DNA of 64,000 nucleotides from an uncultured Candidatus Binatia bacterium (GCA_965242525.1 OZ251459.1:544001-608000), one strand, 5' to 3'; shown: positions 40,822 through 53,393, numbered from the stretch's first letter. Notes: generated by a model not told the origin, from the sequence alone. Translations and numbers: made by a program.

Positions 40822-41736
40822 ATGCATGCCGGCGCGACCGGAGCTTGCCGAATCCACTTCCTGCTGCCGTGGGCGCTGGCGCTGTTGGCCGCGGGCTGCG
40901 CCGGGGCCGGGGACGCCGGCCGGCTCGAAGCCTTTGCCGAGGCGGGGATCGCGTACGCCGACAAGGCGCCGGCGCTGATGGACCGGTCCTTCGAGGTGGC
41001 GGTGGCGGTCGATTCCGGCGCGTTGGTGGAGGAACGGAGCCGGTTGTCGGAACCGCAGCGCAGGGAGGCCCTGGAGAAGTTCGACGAGGTCATGGAGGAG
41101 CGTCGAACCCGGTACGCTGCCGCCAAACGCCACAACGACCTCCTGAAGTCGTACTTCGCGGCGCTGAAGCGACTGTCCCGGCCCGACGCGGCCGAAGACG
41201 CTGGCCGTGCGGCCAGGAAGCTGGCGGCCGAGCTCGGGAAGCTCTCGCCGACGATCGAGAAGCTCAAGGTCGGGGACGCTTCGGTGGGCGGCCTGGTGGA
41301 GCCGGCCGTCGAACTGGCGGTGGCGTGGTTCCGGTCGTCCTCGTTGCAGCGCGAGCTCGAGGCCCGGGGCGCCGTCATCGAACGCGAGTTGGCGTTGCAG
41401 CAGGCCCTGGTGGCGGCCATGGCGCGGCAGATCCGCGCGGACCGCGCCGAGTTGTCGTCGCGCTATCGCCGCAACGAGGTGGTCGAACCTTACGTGGGCG
41501 CGGGCCGGCTCCCCCGGACCTGGCCGTCCCGGCGGCTTCGGAGCCTGCGCGGCGCGGTGGACGTGGAGGCCGCCCGGGCCGCGGAAAAGGCCGTCCGGTC
41601 GTTGCGGGCCGCTTACGTCGCCGCGGTTGCCAAGCGCCCGGACCACCTGCCCGCGGTCGAGTTGGCCATCGACGTGCAACGGTTCGTCGATCTCGTATCG
41701 CGGCTCACGGGTGAAGGGAGTCGAGGCGGCCCATGA
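40822..41736 (+). CDS. Hypothetical alpha-helical lipoprotein
   Basis: Lipobox LAAGC, helical charged body, normal codon usage. Confidence 0.65.
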   Translation: MHAGATGACRIHFLLPWALALLAAGCAGAGDAGRLEAFAEAGIAYADKAPALMDRSFEVAVAVDSGALVEERSRLSEPQRREALEKFDEVMEERRTRYAAAKRHNDLLKSYFAALKRLSRPDAAEDAGRAARKLAAELGKLSPTIEKLKVGDASVGGLVEPAVELAVAWFRSSSLQRELEARGAVIERELALQQALVAAMARQIRADRAELSSRYRRNEVVEPYVGAGRLPRTWPSRRLRSLRGAVDVEAARAAEKAVRSLRAAYVAAVAKRPDHLPAVELAIDVQRFVDLVSRLTGEGSRGGP

Positions 41737-42071
41737 CCCCCGGAGAGATTCGGCGAAGGACCCTGTCGGGGCTGAGGAAGGCCCGGAAGGACATGGCGTC
41801 CGCGGCGTGGCTGGAAGGCGTGCAGGAGTTGCCCGTGGCCGAGCGGACGGCCGCGGCCATGGCCAAGCTGGAGGTCTCGCTGGCGGTCCGCCAACTGGAG
41901 AACGCGGTCCTGGCGGCCATCCGTCAGGGGCTTGCCGACAACGAGAAGGAACTCGAAAAGGGGTTGCGCGACCTCGGCCGGGCGGCCGGGAGGATCCACC
42001 GGGTCGAGGCCCACCTGAAGGCGGTGACGGCCCTGCTCGATACGGTGGGCCGGATCGTCGAGCTTCCCTGA
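41733..42071 (+). CDS. Hypothetical small helical protein
   Basis: ATGA overlap with the lipoprotein gene; amphipathic helices. Confidence 0.6.
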   Translation: MTPGEIRRRTLSGLRKARKDMASAAWLEGVQELPVAERTAAAMAKLEVSLAVRQLENAVLAAIRQGLADNEKELEKGLRDLGRAAGRIHRVEAHLKAVTALLDTVGRIVELP

Positions 42072-42096
42072 CCCCGCGCGTCCCGGGCCTCCGCGG

Positions 42097-43998
42097 TCAA
42101 AGGTAGCCGTTCTCCTCCAGGTAGGCGAGGACCCGTTCCGCGGACGCCTCCACCGGCTCGACGGCCGTCTTCAGCACGATGTCCGGGTGTTCGGGGGGCT
42201 CGTAGGCCGAGTCGATGCCCGTGAAGTTCCGGATCTCGCTGGCCCGCGCCCTTTTGTAGAGCCCCTTGGGGTCTCGCCGCTCGCAGGTCTCCAGCGGCGC
42301 GTCCACGAAGATCTCGACGAACTCCCCCTCCTCCACCAGCGCCCGGGCCATTTGCCGTTCGTGGCGGAACGGCGAGATGAACGCCGCCAGGACGATCAGG
42401 CCGGCGTCCACGAAGAGCTTGGCGATCTCCGCGGCTCGACGGATGTTCTCGACCCTGTCGGCCTCGGTGAAGCCCAGGTCCCGGTTGATGCCGTGGCGCA
42501 CGTTGTCGCCGTCCAGGAGGTAGCTGTGGCGCCCCAGGGCCGCGAGCTTGCGCTCCACGGCGTTGGCCGCGGTGGACTTGCCCGACCCGGGAAGGCCGGT
42601 GAACCACAGCACGCAAGGTCTCTGTCCCTTCTGCCGCGACCGCAGCTCCTTGCCCACGTCGAGGTCCTGCCACCGCAGGTTGTCGGTACGGTTCAGGGCG
42701 GAGTCGATCATCCCCGCGGCGATGGTGCCGTTGTGGAAGGAGTCGATCAGGATGAAGCCCCCGGTCTCGCGCACCTCCCGGTAGGGGTCGAAGGCGATGG
42801 CCTGGTCCAGCGCGAAATCGCAGTAGCCGACTTCGTTGAGGTCCAGGGTGTCCGCGGGCGCGCGCTCCAGGGTGTCCATGTCGATGCGGTAGCGCAGGTA
42901 CGTTACCTGGACCGCCGCGGTCTTGGCGCCGATCTTCATCAGGTACCGGCGCCGGGGCAACAGGGGCTCCGTTCCCATCCAGACCAGGTGCGCGGCGAAC
43001 CGGTCGGTGACCCGGGGGCCGTCCTCCGCCGCGGCCAGCACGTCGCCGCGGCTGACGTCGATCTCTCCGTCCAGGACCAGGGTCACCGCCTGGCCCGCGG
43101 CGGCCGCGTCCAGGTCGCCGCCGTGGGCCACGATCCGGGCCACGGTGGAGGTCCGCTCCGAAGGATAGGCCCGGACCGCGTCCCCGGGACGCACGACCCC
43201 CGCGGCCACGGCGCCGGAAAAACCCCGGAAGTCCGGGTTGGGCCGGTTGACCCACTGCACCGGCATGCGGAACGGCCGGCGCGCCGGGTGGGTGGACGCT
43301 TCCGCGGTTTCCAGCGCTTCCATCAGGGAGGGTCCCTCGTACCAGGGGGTCTCCGGGCTGCGCTGCAAGACGTTGTCCCCGGCAAGGGCGGAGATGGGAA
43401 TGCACACCGCGTCGTCGAGGTCGAGGCTGCGGGCGAAATCGCCGTAGGCCCGGGCGATGTTGCGGAACACGTCCTCGTCCCAGCCCACCAGGTCCATCTT
43501 GTTGACCGCCAGGACGAACCCGCGGATGCCCAGCAGGCTGGCGATGAAGACGTGGCGCCGGGTCTGGGTCAGCAGCCCCTTGCGCGCGTCCGCCAGGACC
43601 ACCGCAAGGTCCGCGGTGGAGGCGCCGGTGGCGGTGTTGCGCGTGTACTGTTCGTGTCCCGGGGTGTCCGCGATGATGAACCTGCGCCGGTCCGTGGAAA
43701 AGAAGCGGTAGGCCACGTCGATGGTGATGCCCTGCTCCCGTTCCGCCCGCAGGCCGTCCACCAGCAGCGCCAAGTCGAGGCCGCCGCCCTGGGTGCCGGC
43801 CGTCCGGCTGTCCGCGGCCAGGTCGGCGAGCTGGTCGTCGAGGATCGCTTCGGAGTCGTGGAGCAACCGGCCGATCAAGGTCGATTTGCCGTCGTCCACG
43901 CTGCCGCAGGTCACGAAACGCAGCAGGTCCTTTTCTTCCTCCGCCTTCAGGTACGCGTGGATGTCGATCGCGGGAACCGCGGCCGGGGGAGGGGGCAT
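42097..43998 (-). CDS. cysNC: Bifunctional sulfate adenylyltransferase subunit 1 / adenylylsulfate kinase
   Basis: [38 protein letters not shown]; APS kinase [21 protein letters not shown]. Confidence 0.95.
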   Translation of the reverse strand: MPPPPAAVPAIDIHAYLKAEEEKDLLRFVTCGSVDDGKSTLIGRLLHDSEAILDDQLADLAADSRTAGTQGGGLDLALLVDGLRAEREQGITIDVAYRFFSTDRRRFIIADTPGHEQYTRNTATGASTADLAVVLADARKGLLTQTRRHVFIASLLGIRGFVLAVNKMDLVGWDEDVFRNIARAYGDFARSLDLDDAVCIPISALAGDNVLQRSPETPWYEGPSLMEALETAEASTHPARRPFRMPVQWVNRPNPDFRGFSGAVAAGVVRPGDAVRAYPSERTSTVARIVAHGGDLDAAAAGQAVTLVLDGEIDVSRGDVLAAAEDGPRVTDRFAAHLVWMGTEPLLPRRRYLMKIGAKTAAVQVTYLRYRIDMDTLERAPADTLDLNEVGYCDFALDQAIAFDPYREVRETGGFILIDSFHNGTIAAGMIDSALNRTDNLRWQDLDVGKELRSRQKGQRPCVLWFTGLPGSGKSTAANAVERKLAALGRHSYLLDGDNVRHGINRDLGFTEADRVENIRRAAEIAKLFVDAGLIVLAAFISPFRHERQMARALVEEGEFVEIFVDAPLETCERRDPKGLYKRARASEIRNFTGIDSAYEPPEHPDIVLKTAVEPVEASAERVLAYLEENGYL

Positions 43999-44912
43999 CA
44001 GAAATAGCCCTCCTGTTTCTTGAGTTCCATGGAACCCGTCCGGTCGTGGTCGATGACCCGCCCCCGGCGTTCGGACGTGCGGTCCAGCAGCATCTCGCGC
44101 AGGACGTCTGGCGCCGTCGCCGCGGTGGATTCCACCGCGCCCGTCAGCGGGTAGCAACCCAGCGTGCGGAAGCGCACGGTCCTGGTCTCCGGCTCCTCGC
44201 CGTCGGCCAGCGGCAGACGGCGGTCCGCGGCCATGATGAGGTTGCCGCCGCGCCGGACCACCGGCCGCGGCGCAGCGAAATAGAGCGGCACCACGGGGAT
44301 GCCTTCCAGGTGGATGTAATGCCAGACGTCGAACTCGGTCCAGTTGGACAGCGGAAACACGCGCATGGACTCGCCGTTGCCCAACCGCGTGTTGTACAGC
44401 CGCCACAACTCCGGGCGCTGGTTCTTCGGGTCCCAGCGGTGGCTGGCGGTGCGGTGGGAGAACACCCGCTCCTTGGCCCGGGACCGCTCCTCGTCGCGCC
44501 GCGCGCCGCCGAACGCGGCGTCGAACCCGTGCCGGTCCAGGGCCTGCTTGAGGGACCGGGTCTTCATCACCTCGGTGTAGAGAGTCGCGCCGTGGCGGAA
44601 CGGGTCGATGCCCTTCTCGACCCCCTCCCGGTTGACGTGGACGATGATCTCCATCCCGGCCTCGCTCGCGGCCCGGTCCCGGAACGCATACATCTCGGGG
44701 AACTTCCAGGTGGTGTCGATGTGCAGCAGCGGAAACGGAGGCGCGGAAGGGTAGAAGGCCTTTCGCGCCAAGTGGAGCATGACCGAGGAGTCCTTGCCCA
44801 CGGAATAGAGCATCACCGGGCGGCGGAACTCCGCCGCGGCCTCGCGCATGACGTGGATGGACTCCGCCTCCAGCAGGCGCAGGCAGGAAAGGCGTTGCGC
44901 ATGGACGGACAT
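43998..44912 (-). CDS. cysD: Sulfate adenylyltransferase subunit 2
   Basis: [39 protein letters not shown]. Confidence 0.96.
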   Translation of the reverse strand: MSVHAQRLSCLRLLEAESIHVMREAAAEFRRPVMLYSVGKDSSVMLHLARKAFYPSAPPFPLLHIDTTWKFPEMYAFRDRAASEAGMEIIVHVNREGVEKGIDPFRHGATLYTEVMKTRSLKQALDRHGFDAAFGGARRDEERSRAKERVFSHRTASHRWDPKNQRPELWRLYNTRLGNGESMRVFPLSNWTEFDVWHYIHLEGIPVVPLYFAAPRPVVRRGGNLIMAADRRLPLADGEEPETRTVRFRTLGCYPLTGAVESTAATAPDVLREMLLDRTSERRGRVIDHDRTGSMELKKQEGYF

Positions 44913-44974
44913 CGGCAAGACCCCGTTGCGAGCGGCGCCGCGGACCGCGCTCCGCTCCCGGAAAGGATAGCAGG

Positions 44975-46447
44975 CTACGGCTCGGGACGCGACGGTTCCG
45001 AGTCGGCGCGCCCGTACATGTCGTCGAGCCGGACGATGTCGTCCTCGCCCAGGTAACTGCCCATCTGCACTTCGATGACTTCCAGGGGCGCCTCGCCCGG
45101 GTTCTCCAGGCGGTGCGCGACCCCCTGGGGAATGTACGTGGAACGGTCCTCGGCGAGGGTGAAGGTCTCGTCGCCCCGGGTGACCCGGGCAGAGCCGCGC
45201 ACCACCACCCAGTGCTCGGCCCGGTGGCGGTGCGCCTGCAAGGACAGCCGCTGGCCCGGGCGCACGATGAGGTGCTTGACCCGGAAGCCCTGGCCGTCGC
45301 GCACCGGTTCGTAGGAGCCCCAGGGCCGATGGACCTTGCGGTGGTGCAGGTATTCGTCCCGGCCGCCGCGCTCGAGCCGCTCCACCACCTTGCCCACGTC
45401 CTGGACCTTTTCCTTGTGGGCCACGAGCACCGCGTCCGCGGTATCGACCACCACTAGGTCGGCCGCGCCCACCACCGCCATCATCCGGCCGTCGCCGCGG
45501 ACGTAGGTGTTGCGGGCGCCTTCCAGGACCACGTCGCCCCGGACCGCGTTGCCGCTCTCGTCCTGTTGGGAGAACGCCGACAGGGCGTCCCAGGACCCCG
45601 CGTCGGACCAGTCGGCGTCCAGGGGCACCATCACCGCGTCCGAGGTGTGCTCCATGACCGCGTAATCCACCGAGACGGCCGGTGACCTCGCGAAGGACTC
45701 CGCATGGAGGCTCAGGAACCCGGCGTTCCCCACGGCCCTTTCGTGGGCCTGTCGCACCGCCTCGAGGAGCAGCGGCGCGCGGGCGTCGAGTTCCCGCAGG
45801 TAGCGGGCGGCGCCGAACACGAAGATGCCGCTGTTCCAGTAGTGGCCCCCGGCTGCGAGATACGCGGCCGCGCGCTCGGCGTCGGGCTTCTCCACGAAGC
45901 TCTCGACCACCCGGCCCCGGTCGCTCACGCCCGTGGGGCGTCCGGCCCTGATGTAGCCGTAGCCGGTCTCGGCCCGGGTGGCCGCCACCCCGAGGGCCGC
46001 CAGCCTGCCGGCCGCGGCTTCCCGGACGGCTTGGCCTACCGCGGCCGCGAACCGCGCGTCGTCGCCGATGACGTGGTCGGCCGGCAGGACCACGAGGACG
46101 GGATCCCCGCGATGCCGGGCCAGGGCTTCCAGGGCCCCGGCGGCAATGGCGGGCGCGGTGTTCCGGCCTTCGGGTTCCGCCAGTATGGCCGCGGGCGTTG
46201 CGTCGAGGGATCGGAGCTGCTCCGCCACCGTGAAGGCGTGCTCCCTGCCGCAGACCACGATAGGCGCCTGGACGCCTTCCAGGCTCGCGAGCCGCCGGAC
46301 CGTGGCCTGCAGCAGGGTGTGCTCGCCCGCCAGCGCAATGAGTTGCTTGGGATGGTGCTTGCGGGAAAGCGGCCAGAGCCTGGTTCCGGCGCCCCCCGAG
46401 AGAACGACGGGAACGACGGTCATGCGGCGCCCTTCGGGGAACGCCAT
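44975..46447 (-). CDS. manC: Mannose-1-phosphate guanylyltransferase / mannose-6-phosphate isomerase
   Basis: [37 protein letters not shown], cupin [16 protein letters not shown]. Confidence 0.94.
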   Translation of the reverse strand: MAFPEGRRMTVVPVVLSGGAGTRLWPLSRKHHPKQLIALAGEHTLLQATVRRLASLEGVQAPIVVCGREHAFTVAEQLRSLDATPAAILAEPEGRNTAPAIAAGALEALARHRGDPVLVVLPADHVIGDDARFAAAVGQAVREAAAGRLAALGVAATRAETGYGYIRAGRPTGVSDRGRVVESFVEKPDAERAAAYLAAGGHYWNSGIFVFGAARYLRELDARAPLLLEAVRQAHERAVGNAGFLSLHAESFARSPAVSVDYAVMEHTSDAVMVPLDADWSDAGSWDALSAFSQQDESGNAVRGDVVLEGARNTYVRGDGRMMAVVGAADLVVVDTADAVLVAHKEKVQDVGKVVERLERGGRDEYLHHRKVHRPWGSYEPVRDGQGFRVKHLIVRPGQRLSLQAHRHRAEHWVVVRGSARVTRGDETFTLAEDRSTYIPQGVAHRLENPGEAPLEVIEVQMGSYLGEDDIVRLDDMYGRADSEPSRPEP

Positions 46448-46535
46448 GGTCCCATGCGGGTTCGAGCCCGGCTTGTGTCCATGGCTCAGACGTCGGCGCC
46501 AGGGTCGAAAGGAGTCCCGGCCGCGGCCCGGGCGC

Positions 46536-47627
46536 TCACTCCGACACCGCCTTCAGGCGCACGGAGGAGCCTTGCGGCCGTTCGACGGGTTTCCGGTCCA
46601 TCTGGTACAGCAGTGCGTAGCACGAGAGGAACGCCGCCAGGGCCATGATCGACGCGTTCCGGCTGTAGGGAATCAACGTCACCAGGACCAGGCTCGTCAT
46701 GGGCAGCGCCCACATCAGCATGCCGGTAACGGGGTTGGCAAGGGCGTCGTTCCCCCACGCCTTCGCAATGCGGCTTGCGAAGCGGCGTTGGACCAGCATG
46801 TGCAGGTGCTGCTGGTCCGGTCGGAAGGGCTTCATGCCTTTGCGGATCCGGCGCAGGATCGAGACCAGGGTCTCGGTCACGGGGTAGGCCAGCACCAGCA
46901 GGCTGATCCAGGGCGATACGTCCGGGTTTCGGGCCGGAACCATGACCGCGGCGCAGGCGAGCACGAACCCCAGGAAATAGGCGCCTCCGTCCCCGAGGAA
47001 GACGTAGCCGTACGGAAAGTTGACCAGGAGGAAACCCAGCGCGACGCCCATGCCGATGAGGCAGAACGCCGCCATGTCATGGTCGCCGGCCGTGAAGGAG
47101 ACCGCCAGGAACGCGGCCAGCAGGATGAAGGTGGTCCCCGACGCCAGGCCGTTGAAGCCGTCCACGATGTTGAGGGCGTTGGTCATGCCGGTGAGCGCAA
47201 GGGTGGTGAACGCGACCGCCATCAGGGGGGACATGAGGACGGAGTCGACGAAGCCGATCTCCACGCGCGTGACCGTGTAGCCGGTCAAGGCGCAGAAGGC
47301 CAGGCCCGAGAAGGCCGCGGCGGCCAAACGGAACATGATTGCGTCCTTCTTGCACAAGTCTTCGACCAGGCCGGCCGAAGCGGCGAACGAGGCGCTGAGG
47401 AGGACGGCGAACATGACCGGGCGCAGGGACCCGGGCGCCGCGGCCGCGGCCGCGGCCGTTCCGACGAATACGGCAACGCCCCCGATCCGGGACGCAGCCT
47501 TCCTGTGGACCTTCTGCACTCCGTGCGGGGGATCGAAGCTGACGCTCAAGTGCCACCGTCGGGTCGCTGCGATCAGCAGGGTTCCGGCAAGGGTGACGAC
47601 GAAGCCGATGAGGAACGGATAGAGGAT
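46536..47627 (-). CDS. Glycosyltransferase family 4 (WecA/MraY-like polyprenyl-phosphate sugar-1-P transferase)
   Basis: Multi-TM; RIGGVAV, GLVED, NALNIVDGFNGL, FLGDGGAY, PDQQHLH; start codon uncertain. Confidence 0.88.
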   Translation of the reverse strand: MLYPFLIGFVVTLAGTLLIAATRRWHLSVSFDPPHGVQKVHRKAASRIGGVAVFVGTAAAAAAAPGSLRPVMFAVLLSASFAASAGLVEDLCKKDAIMFRLAAAAFSGLAFCALTGYTVTRVEIGFVDSVLMSPLMAVAFTTLALTGMTNALNIVDGFNGLASGTTFILLAAFLAVSFTAGDHDMAAFCLIGMGVALGFLLVNFPYGYVFLGDGGAYFLGFVLACAAVMVPARNPDVSPWISLLVLAYPVTETLVSILRRIRKGMKPFRPDQQHLHMLVQRRFASRIAKAWGNDALANPVTGMLMWALPMTSLVLVTLIPYSRNASIMALAAFLSCYALLYQMDRKPVERPQGSSVRLKAVSE

Positions 47628-47821
47628 TGCGCTGGCTCCTTTCCCTGGAAACTTGGCGCATGGTAGCACGGACGTTGGGGTTTTTCCAGCTTTTCCGGTG
47701 GGCGCGCGGACTTGCGTCCAAACTTCCCACTGGCTCGCGGCTGTTGTATGATGGCCGTCCGGATGGCCGGTCGCGATTCTGCGGGGCTGTCCGCGGCGAA
47801 GGCGGCCAAGGGAGGTCTGGC

Positions 47822-48433
47822 ATGGGCGGTACGGCTTCGGGCAGTGTCTTCTCGGACCACGAACGGGCGACCATCGAGGCGTCGGTCGCGCGCATCGTTC
47901 CTTCGGACCGGGACCCCGGCGCGCGCGAAGCGGGCGTGGTCGAGTACATCGAGGGACTCCTGGCAACGGACGACGCGGACACGGACGTGGGTCCGCGGGA
48001 GAAGAAGGAGTACGCCAACTTCGTCCTGGGGGGGACGGGCGGCCGCACCGAGGAGCGGCAGGCGGCGCTGTTCCAGCTCATGGAGTCGGGCAGCCGGCAC
48101 CGGCAGGCATATCGCGACGGGGTGGCGGAATTGGACCGGCTGGCCCGGGACCTGTTCTCGGCAACGGATTTCCAGGGTCTGGACGAGGCGCGGCAGGACC
48201 GGGTGCTGAGCGTCCTGGACCACCGGGACGACCGGTTCTTCGCGCTCCTGGTGGTCCATGCCATGGAAGGGTTCTACGGCCATCCGCGGCACGGGGGCAA
48301 CCGGGACCGGGCAGGCTGGAAAGTCCTGGGCTACCCCGGTCCGAGCTTTCCCCACGGGAACGACCCTCCCTATGGCTGGTACGACGCCAACGTGCCGGAT
48401 GCGTTTGCCGCGGACGGGAAGGACAAGTCGTAG
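47822..48433 (+). CDS. Gluconate 2-dehydrogenase subunit 3 family protein
   Basis: RIVP.D..PGAREAGVVEYI, EGFYGHP.HGGN...GWK.LGYPG. Confidence 0.85.
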   Translation: MGGTASGSVFSDHERATIEASVARIVPSDRDPGAREAGVVEYIEGLLATDDADTDVGPREKKEYANFVLGGTGGRTEERQAALFQLMESGSRHRQAYRDGVAELDRLARDLFSATDFQGLDEARQDRVLSVLDHRDDRFFALLVVHAMEGFYGHPRHGGNRDRAGWKVLGYPGPSFPHGNDPPYGWYDANVPDAFAADGKDKS

Positions 48434-48436
48434 GGC

Positions 48437-50092
48437 ATGGCAAAGCGCGAGACGGTGGATGTCTGCATCGTCGGCGGCGGGGCTTCGGGCCTGGTTGCGG
48501 CCAAGGAGCTCGCCGAGGCCGGCATGACGGTGTGCGTGCTGGAGCGGGGGCCCTGGTACAAGCGCGAGGACTTCGCCCTGGGGGACGAGCTCCTCTACAA
48601 GCGGCGCAACTTCTTCTGGCCCACGGTGGAGCTGGAGCCCCGCACGTGGCGGCCCCACGCCGACGCCCCCGCGGAGGTCCTTTCCACGAAGACCCAGACC
48701 TTCTCCAACGCCATGTGTGTGGGCGGCGGCACCATCCACTACAGCGCGCTCTCCTGGCGCTTCCACGAATCGGACTTCCGCGTGAAGTCCGCGGACGGCC
48801 CGGTCCCCGGCGCTTCCATCGAGGACTGGCCTATCTCGTACCGGGACATGGAGCCGTTCTACGAGAAGGCGGAGTGGACCATCGGGGTGTCGGGCAAGGG
48901 CTGGTCGAGCCCTTTCGACCCGCCGCGCCGGCGCGACTATCCGCTGGGGCCGGCCGCTCGCAACAGCCCAGGGGCGGCCCTGGAGAAGGGCGCCCGCAAG
49001 CTCGGCCTGCATCCGTTCCCCACGCCCCTGGCCATCCTCTCCGGCGACTACGACGGGCGCCCCGGCTGCATCGGCAAGGGCATGTGCTCGTCCTACGGCT
49101 GCCCGGTGGGGGCCAAGTCCAGCACCCTGGAGGCCCTCCTGCCCAAGGCCCTGGCCACCGGGCGTCTGGAGGTCCGGCCCCTCTGCCTGGCCCGGGAGGT
49201 CGTCCTCGACCGCAGCGGCAAGGCTTCCGGCGTGACCTATTTCAACGCCGAAGGCGAGGAGGAGTCGCAGCCCGCGAGGCTCGTGGTGCTGGCCGCCGGA
49301 GGCGTGGAAACGGCCCGGCTGCTGTTGCTGTCCGAGTCTTCGAGGTTCCCACGGGGCTTGTCCAACCGCAGCGGCCTGGTGGGCCGGAACCTCATGTTCC
49401 ATTCCCCGGGGGTGACGCTGGTGGTGACGTTCCCCGAGCCGCTGGACGGCCACATGGGCACCTCCAGCACCCGGGTGCTCCACGACTTCTACCGGACGGA
49501 CACGCGCCGGGGCTTCATTCGCGGAGGGTTCATGCATCCCCGGGCCCATGGGGGCGACCCGGTGGAGCTCGCCCTGAGGCCCATCCACGGCAAGCGTTGG
49601 GGCAAGGAGCACAAGGACTCCATGCGCGGTACCTGGCGCCATTACCTGCACAGCCACTGCACCGGGGAGAGCCTTCCGGTGGAGGGCAACGCGGTGGACC
49701 TGGACCCGGAAGTCACCGACTGCTACGGGCTGCCGGTGGCGCGCATCACCTACACCAGCCACGAGAACGACGTCCGTCTCGCCGCGTACCTGGGGGAGCG
49801 TTCCCGCGAGATCTACGAGGCCGCGGGAGCGAGCCGGGTCATCGTGCCCCGGCCCGAGACCCGCAAGCTCCACAACCACCAGATGGGCACTTGCAGGATG
49901 GGCGGCGACCCCGAGTCTTCGGTGGTGGACAAGTGGTGCCGCTCCCACGACGTGCCCAACCTGTTCGTCGTGGACGCCAGCGTGTTCGTGACCAGCGCCG
50001 GACTGAACCCCACCCTCACCATCCAGGCCAACGCCTTTCGCGTGTGCGACTACATCACGGGGGAGGCGCGCAAGGGCAACGCCTTCCACTGA
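48437..50092 (+). CDS. GMC family oxidoreductase
   Basis: IVGGGASG, VGGGTIHY, HQMGTCRMG, NLFVVDAS, NPTLTI. Confidence 0.92.
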   Translation: MAKRETVDVCIVGGGASGLVAAKELAEAGMTVCVLERGPWYKREDFALGDELLYKRRNFFWPTVELEPRTWRPHADAPAEVLSTKTQTFSNAMCVGGGTIHYSALSWRFHESDFRVKSADGPVPGASIEDWPISYRDMEPFYEKAEWTIGVSGKGWSSPFDPPRRRDYPLGPAARNSPGAALEKGARKLGLHPFPTPLAILSGDYDGRPGCIGKGMCSSYGCPVGAKSSTLEALLPKALATGRLEVRPLCLAREVVLDRSGKASGVTYFNAEGEEESQPARLVVLAAGGVETARLLLLSESSRFPRGLSNRSGLVGRNLMFHSPGVTLVVTFPEPLDGHMGTSSTRVLHDFYRTDTRRGFIRGGFMHPRAHGGDPVELALRPIHGKRWGKEHKDSMRGTWRHYLHSHCTGESLPVEGNAVDLDPEVTDCYGLPVARITYTSHENDVRLAAYLGERSREIYEAAGASRVIVPRPETRKLHNHQMGTCRMGGDPESSVVDKWCRSHDVPNLFVVDASVFVTSAGLNPTLTIQANAFRVCDYITGEARKGNAFH

Positions 50093-50194
50093 CCGGGGGT
50101 CCGGCGGCGCGCGCCCGCGGGGCCGCGGCAAGCGGTCCGGCCGACCTCCGGTCCGCCTCTCCGATGCGCTCGTCCGCGGGGGCGGACCGCCCCC

Positions 50195-51030
50195 TTACCG
50201 GTTGCGCGTGAGCTTCGGGTCGATGATGTCGCGCAGGCCGTCCCCCAGCAGGTTGATGCCGAGGACGGTGATGAAGATGGCGATGCCGGGGAAGATGGTG
50301 AGCCAAGGGGCCCGGTACATGTAGCTGCGCCCCTCGCTCAGCATGGACCCCCAGGTGGGGATGTTGGGGGGAACCCCCAGGCCCAGGAAGCTCAGGCTCG
50401 CTTCGGTGATGATGACCACGGCCATGGCGAAGGTGGCGATGACCATGACGCTGGGCAGCGTGTTGGGGATCACGTGGCGCAGGATGATGTAGGCGTCCCT
50501 GGCCCCCAGCGCCCGGGCCGCCTGCACGAACTCGCGTTCCTTGAGGGAAAGGACCTCCCCCCGGACCACCCGGCAGTACTGCACCCAGCGGCTGAGCACC
50601 AGGGCGATGACCAGGTTCACCAGGCCTTGCCCCAGGAACGCCATGATGGCGATGGCCAGCAGCAGGAACGGGAACGCCAGGAAGATCTCCGTGGTCTTGT
50701 TGATGGTCTCGTCGATGAGCTCGCCGAAGTATCCCGCCACCGCGCCCAGGAAGCAGCCCAGCAGGCCGGCCAGGAAGACGGTGGCGGCCCCCACCAGCAG
50801 CGAGATGCGCGAGCCGTAGATGACCCGGCTCAGCAGGTCCCGGCCCAGGTTGTCCGTGCCCATGAGGTGCGGGTTCTCGGCCAGGTCCAGCGACGGCGGC
50901 CGGAGCCTTTGCTCCAGGCTCTGTTCCTGGGGGTCGTAAGGCGCGAGCCACGGGGCCCCGAGGCCGCACACCACCAGCAGGAGCACGATGACCCCGCCGC
51001 AGAACACCTTTGCGTAGCGCCGCCAGCCGA

Positions 51031-51034
<4 letters not shown>
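50195..51034 (-). CDS. Peptide/nickel ABC transporter permease (DppC/OppC)
   Basis: GTDNLGRD, FVQAARALGA, EASLSFLGLG, NLLGDGLRD. Confidence 0.93.
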
Positions 51035-52023
<989 letters not shown>

Positions 52024-52089
52024 CGAACGGCCTCGGCCTGCGGGGCGGGCCCGCGGCCCGGGGGCAGGGCGCCTCGTCCGTCCATCGGT

Positions 52090-53382
52090 TTACAGCCCCA
52101 TCTGCGCCATGGACCGGTCCAGCCGGGCCAGCGCCTCGTCCACCTGCTCCCCGGTGACGTTGAGCGCCGGGGTGATGCGGACCACGTTGCCCATGAGTCC
52201 GCCCTTTCCGATCAGCAGCCCGTTCCGCCTGGTCAACTCGAACAGCCTCCCGACCGCCTCCGGGCTCGGCGCCTTGTCCGGCCCCACCATCTCGATCGCC
52301 TGCATGAGGCCCATGCCGCGGACCTCGCCCATGATGGGGTACTTCTCCCGGAGCGCCTCCAGGCCCTCCCGGAGCTGTCGTCCCCGGCGGGCCGCGTTGG
52401 CGACCAGGTCTTCGCTCTCGATGACCTCCAGCGTGGCCAGGGCCGCGGCGCACGTCACCGGGTTGCCCCCGAACGTGGAGATGGACAACCCCTTCACGCT
52501 GTCCGCGATCTCCCGGCGGGTGATGGTGCCCCCCACGGGGACGCCGTTGGCCATGCCCTTGGCGAAGGTCATGACGTCGGGCTCCACGTCCCATTGCTCG
52601 ATGCCGAACATCTTGCCGCCGGTCCGGCCCCATCCGGTCTGCACCTCGTCGCAGATGAACAGGCCGCCGTACCGGTGCACGATATCGACCACCTCCCGGA
52701 AGTACTCCCTGGGCGGGGTGATGAAGCCGCCCAGGCCCTGGATGGGCTCGGCGATGAACGCGGCGATCTTCCCGGACGTTGCGGTCTGGATGGCGCTTTC
52801 CAGGTCCTTGGCGCACTTGAGGTCGCAACTGGGGTAGGCGAGCCCGAACGGGCAGCGGTAGCAGTATGCGTTGGGGATGTGGTGGACGTTGGGGCTCGCG
52901 GTGGGGCTCAGGCGCCAGGTGTATTGCCCGGCGAGGCTCATGGCCAGTCGGGAACGCCCGCTGTAGCCGTGGCGCAGGGCGACGACGTCATGATGGCGGG
53001 TGTAGAGCTGCGCCGCCAGCACCGCGGTCTCGTTGGCCTCCGTGCCGCTGTTGGTGAAGAAGGACTGCTTCAGCGCCCCGGGCGTGACCGCGGCCAGCTT
53101 CTCGGCCAGGCGCACGTGGGGTTCGTTGGGGTAGAGCGTAGAAGTGTGCTGGACCTTGCGGGTCTGTTCCTCGATGGCGGCCACCACCTTTTCGTTGCAG
53201 TGGCCCACGCTGATGGTCAGGATGCCGCCGAAGAAGTCCAGGTACTCCCGGCCGTCCACGTCGTAGATCAGGGAGTCCCTGGCCCGGTCCACCACGAGGG
53301 GCTCCTCGTAATAGTTGGCCACGCAGGAGAACAGGTACTCCTCGTGTTTCGCCAGGATGTCCCGCCGTTTGTCCGCTTCCAT
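52090..53382 (-). CDS. Class III PLP-dependent aminotransferase
   Basis: YLDFFGGI, FFTNSGTEANE, AEPIQG, DEVQTGWGRTG, AKGMANG, STFGGNP. Confidence 0.94.
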   Translation of the reverse strand: MEADKRRDILAKHEEYLFSCVANYYEEPLVVDRARDSLIYDVDGREYLDFFGGILTISVGHCNEKVVAAIEEQTRKVQHTSTLYPNEPHVRLAEKLAAVTPGALKQSFFTNSGTEANETAVLAAQLYTRHHDVVALRHGYSGRSRLAMSLAGQYTWRLSPTASPNVHHIPNAYCYRCPFGLAYPSCDLKCAKDLESAIQTATSGKIAAFIAEPIQGLGGFITPPREYFREVVDIVHRYGGLFICDEVQTGWGRTGGKMFGIEQWDVEPDVMTFAKGMANGVPVGGTITRREIADSVKGLSISTFGGNPVTCAAALATLEVIESEDLVANAARRGRQLREGLEALREKYPIMGEVRGMGLMQAIEMVGPDKAPSPEAVGRLFELTRRNGLLIGKGGLMGNVVRITPALNVTGEQVDEALARLDRSMAQMGL

Positions 53383-53393
53383 CCGACTCACCC

